64,000 nucleotides of DNA from an uncultured delta proteobacterium (GTDB lineage Bacteria; Desulfobacterota; Binatia; UBA9968), in assembly GCA_963840855.1 (NCBI GenBank), contig CAWJBB010000049.1, positions 1 through 64,000 on the forward strand, given 5' to 3'. The notes beneath the pieces are model-generated. The model was not told where the DNA came from and searched no databases. It worked only from the letters and a program-made list of their open reading frames with translations. This document shows, piece by piece, positions 10,582 through 19,272 of the stretch (its first letter is position 1; every line of letters begins with the position of its first letter). Both the position numbers and the translations under genes were made by a program.

Positions 10582-11643
10582 TTAGGGCTCACGCCAGCGG
10601 AGTGCGTCGTAAGCCATAACCCCATTTTCCTTCCCCATTACTCTCAGGAGCCCTAGCTCGCGAACCTCTACAGCTCCCTTGATACGCTCATACGTGCTGC
10701 CCGTGATCAGGATCTGTCCAGGTCCCGCGTTCGACTCAAATCGCTGCGCCACGTTGACCTCGTTCCCAATCACCGTGTAATCCGCCCTCCGTTCCGATCC
10801 AACGTTCCCCACAATAACAATGCCGGTATTGATTCCTATCCCAATGTGCAGACGAAGGTCAGGAAATTTGGCGAAGCTGATATTTTTTAACCGCTCCTGC
10901 ATGAGCAGGGCGCAGCGGACTGCACTGGAGGGGTCATCCTCGTGACGCACGGGCGCTCCGAAAAACGCCATAAACCCATCGCCGCGAAACTTGTCCAGGG
11001 TGCCTCTAAACTCAAAGACGGCGTCGATCACGCAAGTCAGGTAAACGTTGAGGACGTCAACGGCGTCCTCCGGATCAAGTCGCTCAGCCAACGGCGTGAA
11101 TCCGCGTAAGTCACCGAAAAGAACGGTGACCTCGCGCTTCTCGCCCCCTAGTTTTAGGTGACGTCCCGGATCGGCAACGATTTCTGCGGCGACTTCCTCG
11201 GAAACGTACCGGCCGAATAGCCTGCGGAGCAGACGGTTCTTCGTCTCGATGTCATCATAAAGCGTCTTGATCCGGAGAAGGGACTTGACACGGGTAAGGA
11301 GCTCCTCCCGGTTAAATGGTTTGGTCAGGAAGTCGTCGGCGCCTGCTTCGATGCCGCGGATCCGATGGGACACATCATGAAGAGCCGTTAGCATCACTAC
11401 GGGCAAGACGCGAGTAGCCTCGTTGGCGCGAATTCTCTCGCAGACTTCGTAACCGGACATGCCCGGCATCATGACGTCCAAGAGAACCAAATCCGCGGCG
11501 GCGCTCTCCACGAGACGCAGAGCCGTAGGCCCGTCGGTTGCTGTGATTACTTTGTAATTCGCCGACGTTAGCGCTTTCGTGAGAAGGTCGAGATTCTGTT
11601 TATTATCGTCGACCGCCAGGATATGAGGCGTTGGAGGCTCCAT
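10582..11643 (-). CDS. Response regulator receiver + class III adenylate cyclase
   Basis: REC (AVDDN, LDVMMP), LFGDLRGFT, DKFRGDG, DYTVIGNEVNVAQR. Confidence 0.92.
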   Translation of the reverse strand: MEPPTPHILAVDDNKQNLDLLTKALTSANYKVITATDGPTALRLVESAAADLVLLDVMMPGMSGYEVCERIRANEATRVLPVVMLTALHDVSHRIRGIEAGADDFLTKPFNREELLTRVKSLLRIKTLYDDIETKNRLLRRLFGRYVSEEVAAEIVADPGRHLKLGGEKREVTVLFGDLRGFTPLAERLDPEDAVDVLNVYLTCVIDAVFEFRGTLDKFRGDGFMAFFGAPVRHEDDPSSAVRCALLMQERLKNISFAKFPDLRLHIGIGINTGIVIVGNVGSERRADYTVIGNEVNVAQRFESNAGPGQILITGSTYERIKGAVEVRELGLLRVMGKENGVMAYDALRWREP

Positions 11644-11674
11644 TCCTTACTCCCTTTTTAGGACCTCACACACC

Positions 11675-12049
11675 TCAGTTTTCGGGGGCCAAATTGCGAA
11701 TCATCTGAAGCAGCTCGCGAGGACTGTACGGCTTCGCCAGGTAGGCAGAAGCCCCGGCGTCTTTAGCCTTCTCGCTATCCCCGCTGAGAGCAAACGAGGT
11801 GATCACAATGATCGGAATATGAGCGGTCTTGGGATCAGCGCGCAGCTGGCGCGTCGCCTCGAGGCCAGAAAGCTTAGGAAGCTGAATGTCCATCAGGATG
11901 AGATCGGGAAGCTCGTAGTGAGCCGTGGCTACGCCTTGCTCGCCGTCCACCGCCTCGATCAGCCGGTAAGAAGTGCGGCTCAGGAGCTGCCGAACGATCT
12001 TTAGATTGTACTCGTTATCTTCCACGTTGAGGATGGTCTTGTTACTCAT
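11675..12049 (-). CDS. DivK-like single-domain response regulator
   Basis: VEDNEYN, LMDIQLPKLSGLEAT, ITSFALSGD, AKPYS. Confidence 0.88.
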   Translation of the reverse strand: MSNKTILNVEDNEYNLKIVRQLLSRTSYRLIEAVDGEQGVATAHYELPDLILMDIQLPKLSGLEATRQLRADPKTAHIPIIVITSFALSGDSEKAKDAGASAYLAKPYSPRELLQMIRNLAPEN

Positions 12050-13707
12050 GCAGCATTCCTTCCTCCTACGCGCAGCGGAATCTCGAAAAAAAACGTAGAG
12101 CCTTTTTCCAGAACACTTTCCACCCAGATTCGGCCACCGTGCATTTCGACAAACTTCTTTGTGATGCTCAAACCCAGGCCGGTCCCGCCGAACTCCCGCG
12201 TGATGGCGGCGTCCACCTGGCGGAACTCCCCAAAGACATGTTCAACTTGGTCCTCGGGAATCCCGATACCCGTGTCCGAGACGCGATAGCGCAACAGATC
12301 TTGCTTTTGCTCGACCCAGACCTCGACTCGACCCTGTTTAGTGAATTTCAGCGCGTTGCCCGTCAGGTTCATGAGACATTGCGCAATTCGTCTGCCGTCG
12401 CCGACAGCCAGAGGAATCCCAGGCTGAACGCCGGCAACTAATGTAAGCCCCTTCTCCGAGGCGAGCGATTGCAACGAGGCTCCAACGGTTTCAACGACGT
12501 CTTGCACGGAGTATTCAGCCAGCGCAAGTTCCATGCGGCCCGCCTCAATCTTGGAAAGATCAAGCACATCATTGATCAGATTGAGTAAATGCTTGCCATT
12601 GACTTGGATATCGATAAGAGGCTCTCGCAAGTCAGACGGCACTTCCCCATAAATATCATCAAGAAGCATTTCCATGAATCCCAGGATAGCATTCATCGGC
12701 GTGCGTAGCTCGTGGCTCATGTTGGCGAGAAATTCGGACTTGGCCTTGCTCGCTTCCACGAGCCGCGCATTGAGCCGCTGGAGTTCTTGCGCCGCTGCCC
12801 GCTGGTTTTCATACAAGGTGTGTAACTCGCGGCTCATTTGGTTCATCCGGTCCGCCAGGACGCCAAATTCATCCCGGTTGGGAACGTTAATGGTGGCTTG
12901 AAAATTACCCGTCGCGACCTCGGTCAAGAACCCATGAGCTTCCCGCACAGGCAAGATGAAGGACCACGAGATCACAAATCCGAGCAGAAGGGCCAGGACT
13001 ATCGAGCTTACCACGAAGCCAACCATCAGGATTTGCGTCCATTGGGTGGCTGCGGCGACGTCGGCTCTCAGGCCGGTCATCTTCGACTGCTCGGCGATGA
13101 CGACCTGATCGACCAACCCCGCGATCCGTTCGTAGAGAGGATACCCCTTGCTCAGTTGTAAACTCATTGCCTCGTTCACCTTACCGTCGCGCAGCAGGTT
13201 CGCAATGTCAGCCACCGCCGTCAGCGCTTCCCCTTGGGCGACACGGATGCGCTGAATGACATTCTGCTCCTCCGGCATCGCGGCCTCGGCAATCAGCCCG
13301 AGAGTATTATTGAATCGATTGTTTTCACGCAAGATCTTTTCCACCGTCCCCTCATCTCTTAAGAGCAGGGCCATTGCCGTGAAATTCATCTGCAAGGCCA
13401 ACGCGTGCTGGATCTGGCGCGACCACTCGACTCGCTTGTGGGCTTCATCCATGAGAGTGCTCTGCCGCGACATCTTGGTGATGGCTTGCAGGCTCAGCCC
13501 TCCCATGGCGATGAAGAGAAACGTCACAATGAGGAACCCGGTGATGAGTTTTGCGTGAACTGAAGACTTGATGCCTGCTACCCAAAGAACCACCTTCCCG
13601 AGCGGTGTGCGGCTGAGAAGAAAGTAAGCGATGCTCACGCCCCAGCCTGCCGGCGGTGAAGCCATAGGCAAGGTCTTTTTGGGAAATGTAACTTCTTGTT
13701 GAGACAC
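12046..13707 (-). CDS. Membrane HAMP histidine kinase with periplasmic four-helix sensor
   Basis: Two TM segments, HAMP (NRDEFGVLA), SHELRTPM, GGTGLGL. Confidence 0.92.
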   Translation of the reverse strand: MSQQEVTFPKKTLPMASPPAGWGVSIAYFLLSRTPLGKVVLWVAGIKSSVHAKLITGFLIVTFLFIAMGGLSLQAITKMSRQSTLMDEAHKRVEWSRQIQHALALQMNFTAMALLLRDEGTVEKILRENNRFNNTLGLIAEAAMPEEQNVIQRIRVAQGEALTAVADIANLLRDGKVNEAMSLQLSKGYPLYERIAGLVDQVVIAEQSKMTGLRADVAAATQWTQILMVGFVVSSIVLALLLGFVISWSFILPVREAHGFLTEVATGNFQATINVPNRDEFGVLADRMNQMSRELHTLYENQRAAAQELQRLNARLVEASKAKSEFLANMSHELRTPMNAILGFMEMLLDDIYGEVPSDLREPLIDIQVNGKHLLNLINDVLDLSKIEAGRMELALAEYSVQDVVETVGASLQSLASEKGLTLVAGVQPGIPLAVGDGRRIAQCLMNLTGNALKFTKQGRVEVWVEQKQDLLRYRVSDTGIGIPEDQVEHVFGEFRQVDAAITREFGGTGLGLSITKKFVEMHGGRIWVESVLEKGSTFFFEIPLRVGGRNAA

Positions 13708-13967
13708 ACCGGTACTCCGAGACAGGAGCGAATGCTAGCAAACGCGTATGAATTTCGTCAAGGCAAAGCTAGCGGAACCCAATACAGATACGGCCGCCGG
13801 AACGGCTTGACAGAGGCAGCGCTTCGGCATAGGAGTTTGCAGCAAACCCGGCGCCGTGCAGCGCGTTGTCGATATTATCGTCATCTCGCCACTAGCGGAC
13901 GCACAGATGAAAAGCAGGGCTTCAAGGTACTCGCCGCTGGACGCCACAAGGCAAAAGGAGAAATACC

Positions 13968-14897
13968 ATGATTGTCGATTGGCATGCCCATGTGTATCCG
14001 CCCGAGATGGCGAAGGAGCGGCGTTGGGGCGGGGCCTCCCCTCTAACCATTGAGAATCTCCTCGAAACCCACGAAAAGGCCGGCATCGACCTCTGCGTCG
14101 TGAGCAATACCATCCATTACCTCAAAGACAAGAATAACGATGAATCGTTGGCATTCCTGCGCCACTGGAACGATTATGGCGCGGAGATCCAGCAGCAATA
14201 CAAAGACAAGATCGTCGTCTTCACCAGCACGCTTCCCTGCGGCGGTGAGCCGTTCGTCAAAGAGTTGGAACGGGCGATTACCCAAAACAAACTGCAAGGG
14301 GTGCTGATCAATTCCAGCCACCAGGGCGCCTATCCCGATGACGACGAGGCGAAATCGTTTTTCGAGTTGGTAACTTCTCTGGGCATACCGATGATGATGC
14401 ACGCGCCGTCCGTCGGTTTCGGCGAAGAGCGCATGCGTGATTACCGCCTCGCCTCCAGCGTCGGGCGGCCCTTCGACGAGTGCCTGGCGATTTCCCGGAT
14501 GATCGTGCGCGGCGTGTTTGAACGATATCCCAACATGAAATTCGTCGGCTGCCACCTCGGCGGCGGCATCTGCGAGGTGATCGGCCGCATGGACTACGCC
14601 TACGAACTGGGCGACAAGGCGAGCGGGCTCGGTCCCTACGAACCGCTAATGATTAGCAAAAAGCCCAGTGACTATTTGCGCGATCTCTACTTCGACACCG
14701 TCTGTTACCATCCGCCCGCGCTGGCATGCGCCTACCAAACCGTCGGCGCAAAACGATTGCTGTTCGGCAGCGACGCGCCGCCATTGCTGCCGTTGCTTCC
14801 CAGGGCGAAACGAATTATTGAAGAGTTTCCCTTTACCGAAGAAGATCGGGCGGATGTGTTCAGCCGCAATGCGTTGAAACTGTTGGAGAAACAGTAG
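13968..14897 (+). CDS. Amidohydrolase_2 family (ACMSD/decarboxylase-like)
   Basis: DWHAH, MMHAP, CHLGGG, FGSDAP; AGGAG RBS. Confidence 0.88.
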   Translation: MIVDWHAHVYPPEMAKERRWGGASPLTIENLLETHEKAGIDLCVVSNTIHYLKDKNNDESLAFLRHWNDYGAEIQQQYKDKIVVFTSTLPCGGEPFVKELERAITQNKLQGVLINSSHQGAYPDDDEAKSFFELVTSLGIPMMMHAPSVGFGEERMRDYRLASSVGRPFDECLAISRMIVRGVFERYPNMKFVGCHLGGGICEVIGRMDYAYELGDKASGLGPYEPLMISKKPSDYLRDLYFDTVCYHPPALACAYQTVGAKRLLFGSDAPPLLPLLPRAKRIIEEFPFTEEDRADVFSRNALKLLEKQ

Positions 14898-14964
14898 AGA
14901 ATAGAAAAGGTCGTCGGACCATTCGACGTTCTGAACGGATTGAACCGATTACAAGGAGCGCTTG

Positions 14965-15237
14965 ATGCCGTTATCCTATGACGATCTGATCGAACCAACG
15001 ATTGTAAAGCAAATCTCAAAAAGCGTCGCCTACTGCCGCTGCACGCGGACCAAGAATCCGCCTTTTTGTGATGGCTCGCATGCGGTCACCAACATCACGC
15101 CGCATATTCTCGAATTCGACGAGCCCACGACCATCGCGATCTGCCGCTGCTGGCGATCAAAGGATCACCCCTACTGCGACGGCACTCACGGCCGCCTCGT
15201 CAAGCCCAAAGAACGGCCGCCGAGAAATCATGGTTAG
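14965..15237 (+). CDS. CDGSH iron-sulfur protein with two domains
   Basis: CRCTRTKNPPFCDGSH and CRCWRSKDHPYCDGTH. Confidence 0.9.
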   Translation: MPLSYDDLIEPTIVKQISKSVAYCRCTRTKNPPFCDGSHAVTNITPHILEFDEPTTIAICRCWRSKDHPYCDGTHGRLVKPKERPPRNHG

Positions 15238-15276
15238 AAGACGCGAGGGCGATGGTTTGAAACCCACTCCGATAAC

Positions 15277-15313
15277 GGTTGGAACGATATTGAACGATTT
15301 GAACTGTTGGAAC
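15277..15313. repeat. About 9-bp tandem repeats (xxTTGGAAC / xxTTGAAC)
   Basis: ggttggaac gatattgaac gatttgaac tgttggaac. Confidence 0.7.
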
Positions 15314-15335
15314 TAAACAAAAAGAGGAGGTTGTT

Positions 15336-15722
15336 ATGGTTGAAATGAAAAATCCTATCAAAGAAGCCGACACTCACCCGGGGATTAATCACCTAAGTCT
15401 CTGGCGCACCGATCTGGCATACTATTGGGTAATTAACTGCGAGCCGAACCTTCAAGACGACATGCACTATCACGACAACGACGACCATATCTTCATGTGC
15501 CTCGAAGGCGAATGCACGGTGCGCACGCCGCACAAGGAATTCGTCTTGAAACAGTTCGATACCGTGCTGCTCAAGTCCGGCGAGGCCTATCAACTGTGCA
15601 ATTCCGGTACGGGCAGGATGCTTCTTTTGGGCGCCGGCAATAGCCAGGTGGACGGCAAGCCGCGCACGCGAGTGCCGAAAATTCCGAGCCACACGCCGAT
15701 GACACAGCCGGTTGTGGCGTAG
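15336..15722 (+). CDS. Cupin domain protein
   Basis: MHYHDNDDHIFMCLEGE cupin motif; GAGGAGG RBS. Confidence 0.85.
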   Translation: MVEMKNPIKEADTHPGINHLSLWRTDLAYYWVINCEPNLQDDMHYHDNDDHIFMCLEGECTVRTPHKEFVLKQFDTVLLKSGEAYQLCNSGTGRMLLLGAGNSQVDGKPRTRVPKIPSHTPMTQPVVA

Positions 15723-15836
15723 GCGCGACGGGATGTTAATCAGTCACCTGACGAAAGGATGATGGATGAAGGGGCCATGATGAAACCGGAATTCCCGTAG
15801 ATCATGTTAGCCCAGCAAACGTCGATGTGATTCGCC

Positions 15837-17099
15837 ATGAACCAGCTATTATACCGGTTCTTTGTTCCGTGGCTTGTTTTCTTCGCAGGGGCGATCCTCA
15901 ACTCGGCGTTTGCCGCCGAACCCCGCGTGCAAATCCTTTCTCCTAAGGATGGCGGCCGGATTACCCAAGAGCAAAATCTGATCTTCGTCAGCGGTAAAGT
16001 GGCGCGGGACGCCGGGCGATCCGCCAGAGTTGATGTATTCTTGGTCGTCGATGTTTCCGGAAGCACCTCGCAGTACGCGGGTAGTGATTTGGGTGATGCC
16101 GGCGAGCTGCCGGATAACTCGGGATTTTCCGGGTTTCCCACCCCGCAGATTACCATCGGTGGCATGAGCGTTGGGCGGCCGCCGGTTCGTAACTTGCGAA
16201 ACTCCGTCCTCGCAGCCGAGGTTGCCGCCGCACGGCGCCTTCTCGTACAACTCAACCCCGAGACTACGAGAGTCGGAGTGTTGACTTTCAGTGAAGGAGC
16301 GAAGTTATTGCAGCCGCTAACTAACGATTTCGAGCGGGTGCGCCGCGTTCTCGACGATATTCTGCGGGCTGGGCCCTATGGTGGAACCAACATGGTCGAA
16401 GGGATCCGCATGGGGATAACTGAATTAATGGGCTTGGGCGCGAGTGAAAAGCGCACCGATGCCGTCAAGGTGCAGGTTCTGCTCACTGACGGTTTTCCCA
16501 CTCTGCCCATCGGCGTCAGTAGACGAGCGGCTCCGGAAGACACGAATCTCGCGATCAACGCGGCAAGGTTGGCTGGCAAGGCCGGTATCAAAGTTCATGT
16601 CTTCGCTCTCGGTGAAGAAGCTCTTTCTTATCCGCGCGCGGCGGTCGGAATCGCCCAGGAAAGCGGCGGCACCTACACCCCGGTGATAAGGCCGGCGGAT
16701 GTGCTTTCGGTAGTCGAGAATGTCTCAGTGGTCGGCGTGGACTCTGTGCAGGTCGTCAATCGAACCACCGGTCAAAAAGCGACGCAACATCGCTTGGCGG
16801 CCGATGGGTTCTTTTCTTCCGCGGTGCCGGTGGTCGAGGGACGCAATCAGATCGACGTCTTCGCCCGCGCCAGTGACGGCTCCAACGCCAGCGATTCGAT
16901 TGCGGTTTACTACCAATCGGGAAACCAAAAATCTTTGGAATTGGAAATTTTCCTGGAGAAGGAAAAAAAGTTGGAACTTGAGATCAAGCGCCTAGGGAGA
17001 AGCCCCGCCGAAATCCAGCGCGACGTCGAGCGTAACCGGGAAGAGAGCCTGAGGCGCCCCCAGCAACCGCCTCCGTTAACAGACGGTCCGCCAAGATAA
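15837..17099 (+). CDS. Secreted VWA-domain protein with flanking Ig-like strands and C-terminal coiled coil
   Basis: Signal peptide (AFA|AE); MIDAS DVSGS, GGTN, LLTDG. Confidence 0.85.
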   Translation: MNQLLYRFFVPWLVFFAGAILNSAFAAEPRVQILSPKDGGRITQEQNLIFVSGKVARDAGRSARVDVFLVVDVSGSTSQYAGSDLGDAGELPDNSGFSGFPTPQITIGGMSVGRPPVRNLRNSVLAAEVAAARRLLVQLNPETTRVGVLTFSEGAKLLQPLTNDFERVRRVLDDILRAGPYGGTNMVEGIRMGITELMGLGASEKRTDAVKVQVLLTDGFPTLPIGVSRRAAPEDTNLAINAARLAGKAGIKVHVFALGEEALSYPRAAVGIAQESGGTYTPVIRPADVLSVVENVSVVGVDSVQVVNRTTGQKATQHRLAADGFFSSAVPVVEGRNQIDVFARASDGSNASDSIAVYYQSGNQKSLELEIFLEKEKKLELEIKRLGRSPAEIQRDVERNREESLRRPQQPPPLTDGPPR

Positions 17100-17113
17100 A
17101 ATTTTTGCTTGAA

Positions 17114-18265
17114 TCATAATCCGCTGCCGGGTGGTGCTAACGGTCTCAATTCGGCGGTAGAAACCGGTAGACGCTCTTGGCCGGAAAGAATTTCCAGACC
17201 TACGGCACTCGCATCGCGCCGGACCAGACGGCCGTTGTCATAATACGACCATAAGTCCACCGCACCATCGCCGTTTAGATCCTTTTCCTCCCTGATGACG
17301 ATGTCGCCGTCTTTCGCGGTGTCATAATAAATCCACAAATCAGTTCGGCCGCTGTCGCGCGTTTCCTTTTCCACCTTGGCCAGCCTGCCGTTTTCGTACG
17401 TCGCACGATAGGTCATTCTTCCCCAGCCATTCTCATCGCGCTCCTCACGCGCGATCTTATCGCTGACGTAGTGAAAGACGGCATCCGGTCGGCCCTGTCC
17501 TTTGGCATCGACTTCTCGGCGCACCAGCAGTCCATCCTTGAAGTAGCTCCATGTGTCGACCCGACCATCGCTTTTGGATGCTTCTTCTTGGCGCATGATT
17601 TCACCCGGCTTCTGCGGATTGAAATAGATCCACAAATCCGGAACCCCATCGCCGTTGATGTCTCTTACTTCGACGTTCTTAAAAAGCATCGGCGGCGCTT
17701 GAGCCGCTATGGGTTTGTTCACGGACGCCAAACTCGTGTTTATGGGCGGCTGCTTGATCGTTGACGCCTCCCGCGGCGCGGGCGATTGCGCTTGACTACT
17801 TACCGTTGTCGGTTGGGCCGCGGGCTGCGCTCCCGCCGCTGGCGTGCTTGTCGCAGCTGCAGTGTCGATTTGATTCTCCAAACCCCGCTGCCGCTCCAGT
17901 TCCTGCTCGATGGCAGCTTCCAATTGCTGGTCTTTTTGTTGTTCTGTATGGACCTGATTGTTGATTGCGCCATAATGCGAATCGGCCATGAACAGGCCGG
18001 CAATCAGCCCCATGATTAAGCCGCCGCCCGCGCCATAAGGGCCGCCGATCATCCCGCCCATGGCCACGCCTTCCAGTGCCATATTCCAAGCATATTGCAT
18101 GCGCTGGGAGCCCGTAACCTGAGCGGGTTGGGCCGGCGCCGAAGCGGCATTCGGATTTGGGTTCGGGTACTGGGCAGACGCTTGCGGAGTTTGTACTGCC
18201 ACTGGGCCGCAGGCGGCCCCGGCAACGACCATCAATAGGATAGCTAATACCAACTGCCTGTCCAT
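17114..18265 (-). CDS. Lipoprotein with glycine zipper and six D-x-N-x-D-G-like repeats
   Basis: Lipobox GAAC; GxxxG helices; repeats DINGDGVPDLWIYF ... DLNGDGAVDLWSYY. Confidence 0.75.
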   Translation of the reverse strand: MDRQLVLAILLMVVAGAACGPVAVQTPQASAQYPNPNPNAASAPAQPAQVTGSQRMQYAWNMALEGVAMGGMIGGPYGAGGGLIMGLIAGLFMADSHYGAINNQVHTEQQKDQQLEAAIEQELERQRGLENQIDTAAATSTPAAGAQPAAQPTTVSSQAQSPAPREASTIKQPPINTSLASVNKPIAAQAPPMLFKNVEVRDINGDGVPDLWIYFNPQKPGEIMRQEEASKSDGRVDTWSYFKDGLLVRREVDAKGQGRPDAVFHYVSDKIAREERDENGWGRMTYRATYENGRLAKVEKETRDSGRTDLWIYYDTAKDGDIVIREEKDLNGDGAVDLWSYYDNGRLVRRDASAVGLEILSGQERLPVSTAELRPLAPPGSGL

Positions 18266-18399
18266 ATCATCCCGGACCTGAGGAGTCGAAGCTTACTCAT
18301 TTCCGCTGTCGACTCCGCTGCTGCTAATCCTCTACGCCAGAGCGCCGACGAAGTCAATGTACTCCTAACCGGGAAGTGACCGAAGCGTGTTTGCTTCGG

Positions 18400-19125
18400 T
18401 TACGGCATCTCTTCGAGCAGTTTGCCAAAGCCCTTGGCGCGCTGGCGCACGTGGAGCCGTTTCTGCACCGACCAGACGCGAGCCGGTACGGCGTGGACGA
18501 CGGGCACCTGGAGGTCTTCTTCGAGGAGGCGAATGATGTCCAGGCAGCGCCAGCCAGTGCCAAGCATATAGATCCCGTCCGCGTCTGGGTGCTTGAGAAA
18601 AGCTTTGCGCGTGTGTGCGTAGATCTCTTGCGACGCCAACCGCCCGACGTCTTCGAACGCCACCGCCATGCCTTCCATGGCCAAGACTTCGAAGCCCGCA
18701 TCTTGGAAATAGCCCGTTGTGATATCGTTGACGCTATTGACGAAGTAGGTGACGCCGACGAATTTTTTGATGTTGAGCGCGCGCAGCGCCTCGACTTGAG
18801 TCTGGGCCGCGGTGACCATCGGAACTTTGTACTTGGCTTCCCATTCTTTAATAATCTTCTCTTCGCCTTTATACCCGTGCACCATAAACGGCGGCGCGCC
18901 TTCGGGATGGATCAGATCGACGCCCTCTCGCGCCAGCTCCGCGACTTTTTCTTCAACGGCGTTGAGCGCGGCGCGAAATTCATCTTCGGTGCCGCGTTTG
19001 AAATTCAAATAAACCGGGACGACGCCGATGCCTTCGGGCAGCAAGCGAATGAACTCTTCCAAAGATCCGGGGCGGTGCGTCGGCTTTACGACACCGACGA
19101 CGCCGCGCCAACTGGCAAAAACCAT
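18400..19125 (-). CDS. Maleate isomerase / arylmalonate decarboxylase / Asp-Glu racemase superfamily protein
   Basis: ALRALNIKK, YFQDAGFEVL, PDADGIYM, LEEDLQVPVV pattern. Confidence 0.8.
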   Translation of the reverse strand: MVFASWRGVVGVVKPTHRPGSLEEFIRLLPEGIGVVPVYLNFKRGTEDEFRAALNAVEEKVAELAREGVDLIHPEGAPPFMVHGYKGEEKIIKEWEAKYKVPMVTAAQTQVEALRALNIKKFVGVTYFVNSVNDITTGYFQDAGFEVLAMEGMAVAFEDVGRLASQEIYAHTRKAFLKHPDADGIYMLGTGWRCLDIIRLLEEDLQVPVVHAVPARVWSVQKRLHVRQRAKGFGKLLEEMP

Positions 19126-19147
19126 GATGACTCCTGAAAAATTGCTA

Positions 19148-19260
19148 TCACCACGAAAGGCACGAAGAACACGAAGGGTTCGGATATTATTCTCTTAAAC
19201 TTCGTGACCTTCGTGCCTTCGTGGTGAGTCCCCTCTTCTTTGTGATCCCTTTGTGGTTAA
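19148..19260. repeat. CACGAAG tandem-inverted repeat hairpin (REP-like)
   Basis: tcaccacgaaaggcacgaagaacacgaag ... cttcgtgaccttcgtgccttcgtggtga, plus a degenerate extra arm ctttgtgatccctttgtggttaa. Confidence 0.85.
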
Positions 19261-19272
19261 TCCCTTTTCCAT

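Noticed and set aside
13800-13967. Riboswitch in the amidohydrolase leader
   Set aside because: Only short stems; no aptamer consensus recognised.
19148-19260. CRISPR array interpretation of the short repeats
   Set aside because: Units are 7-10 bp, adjacent and inverted, with no 30-40 bp unique spacers and no cas genes.
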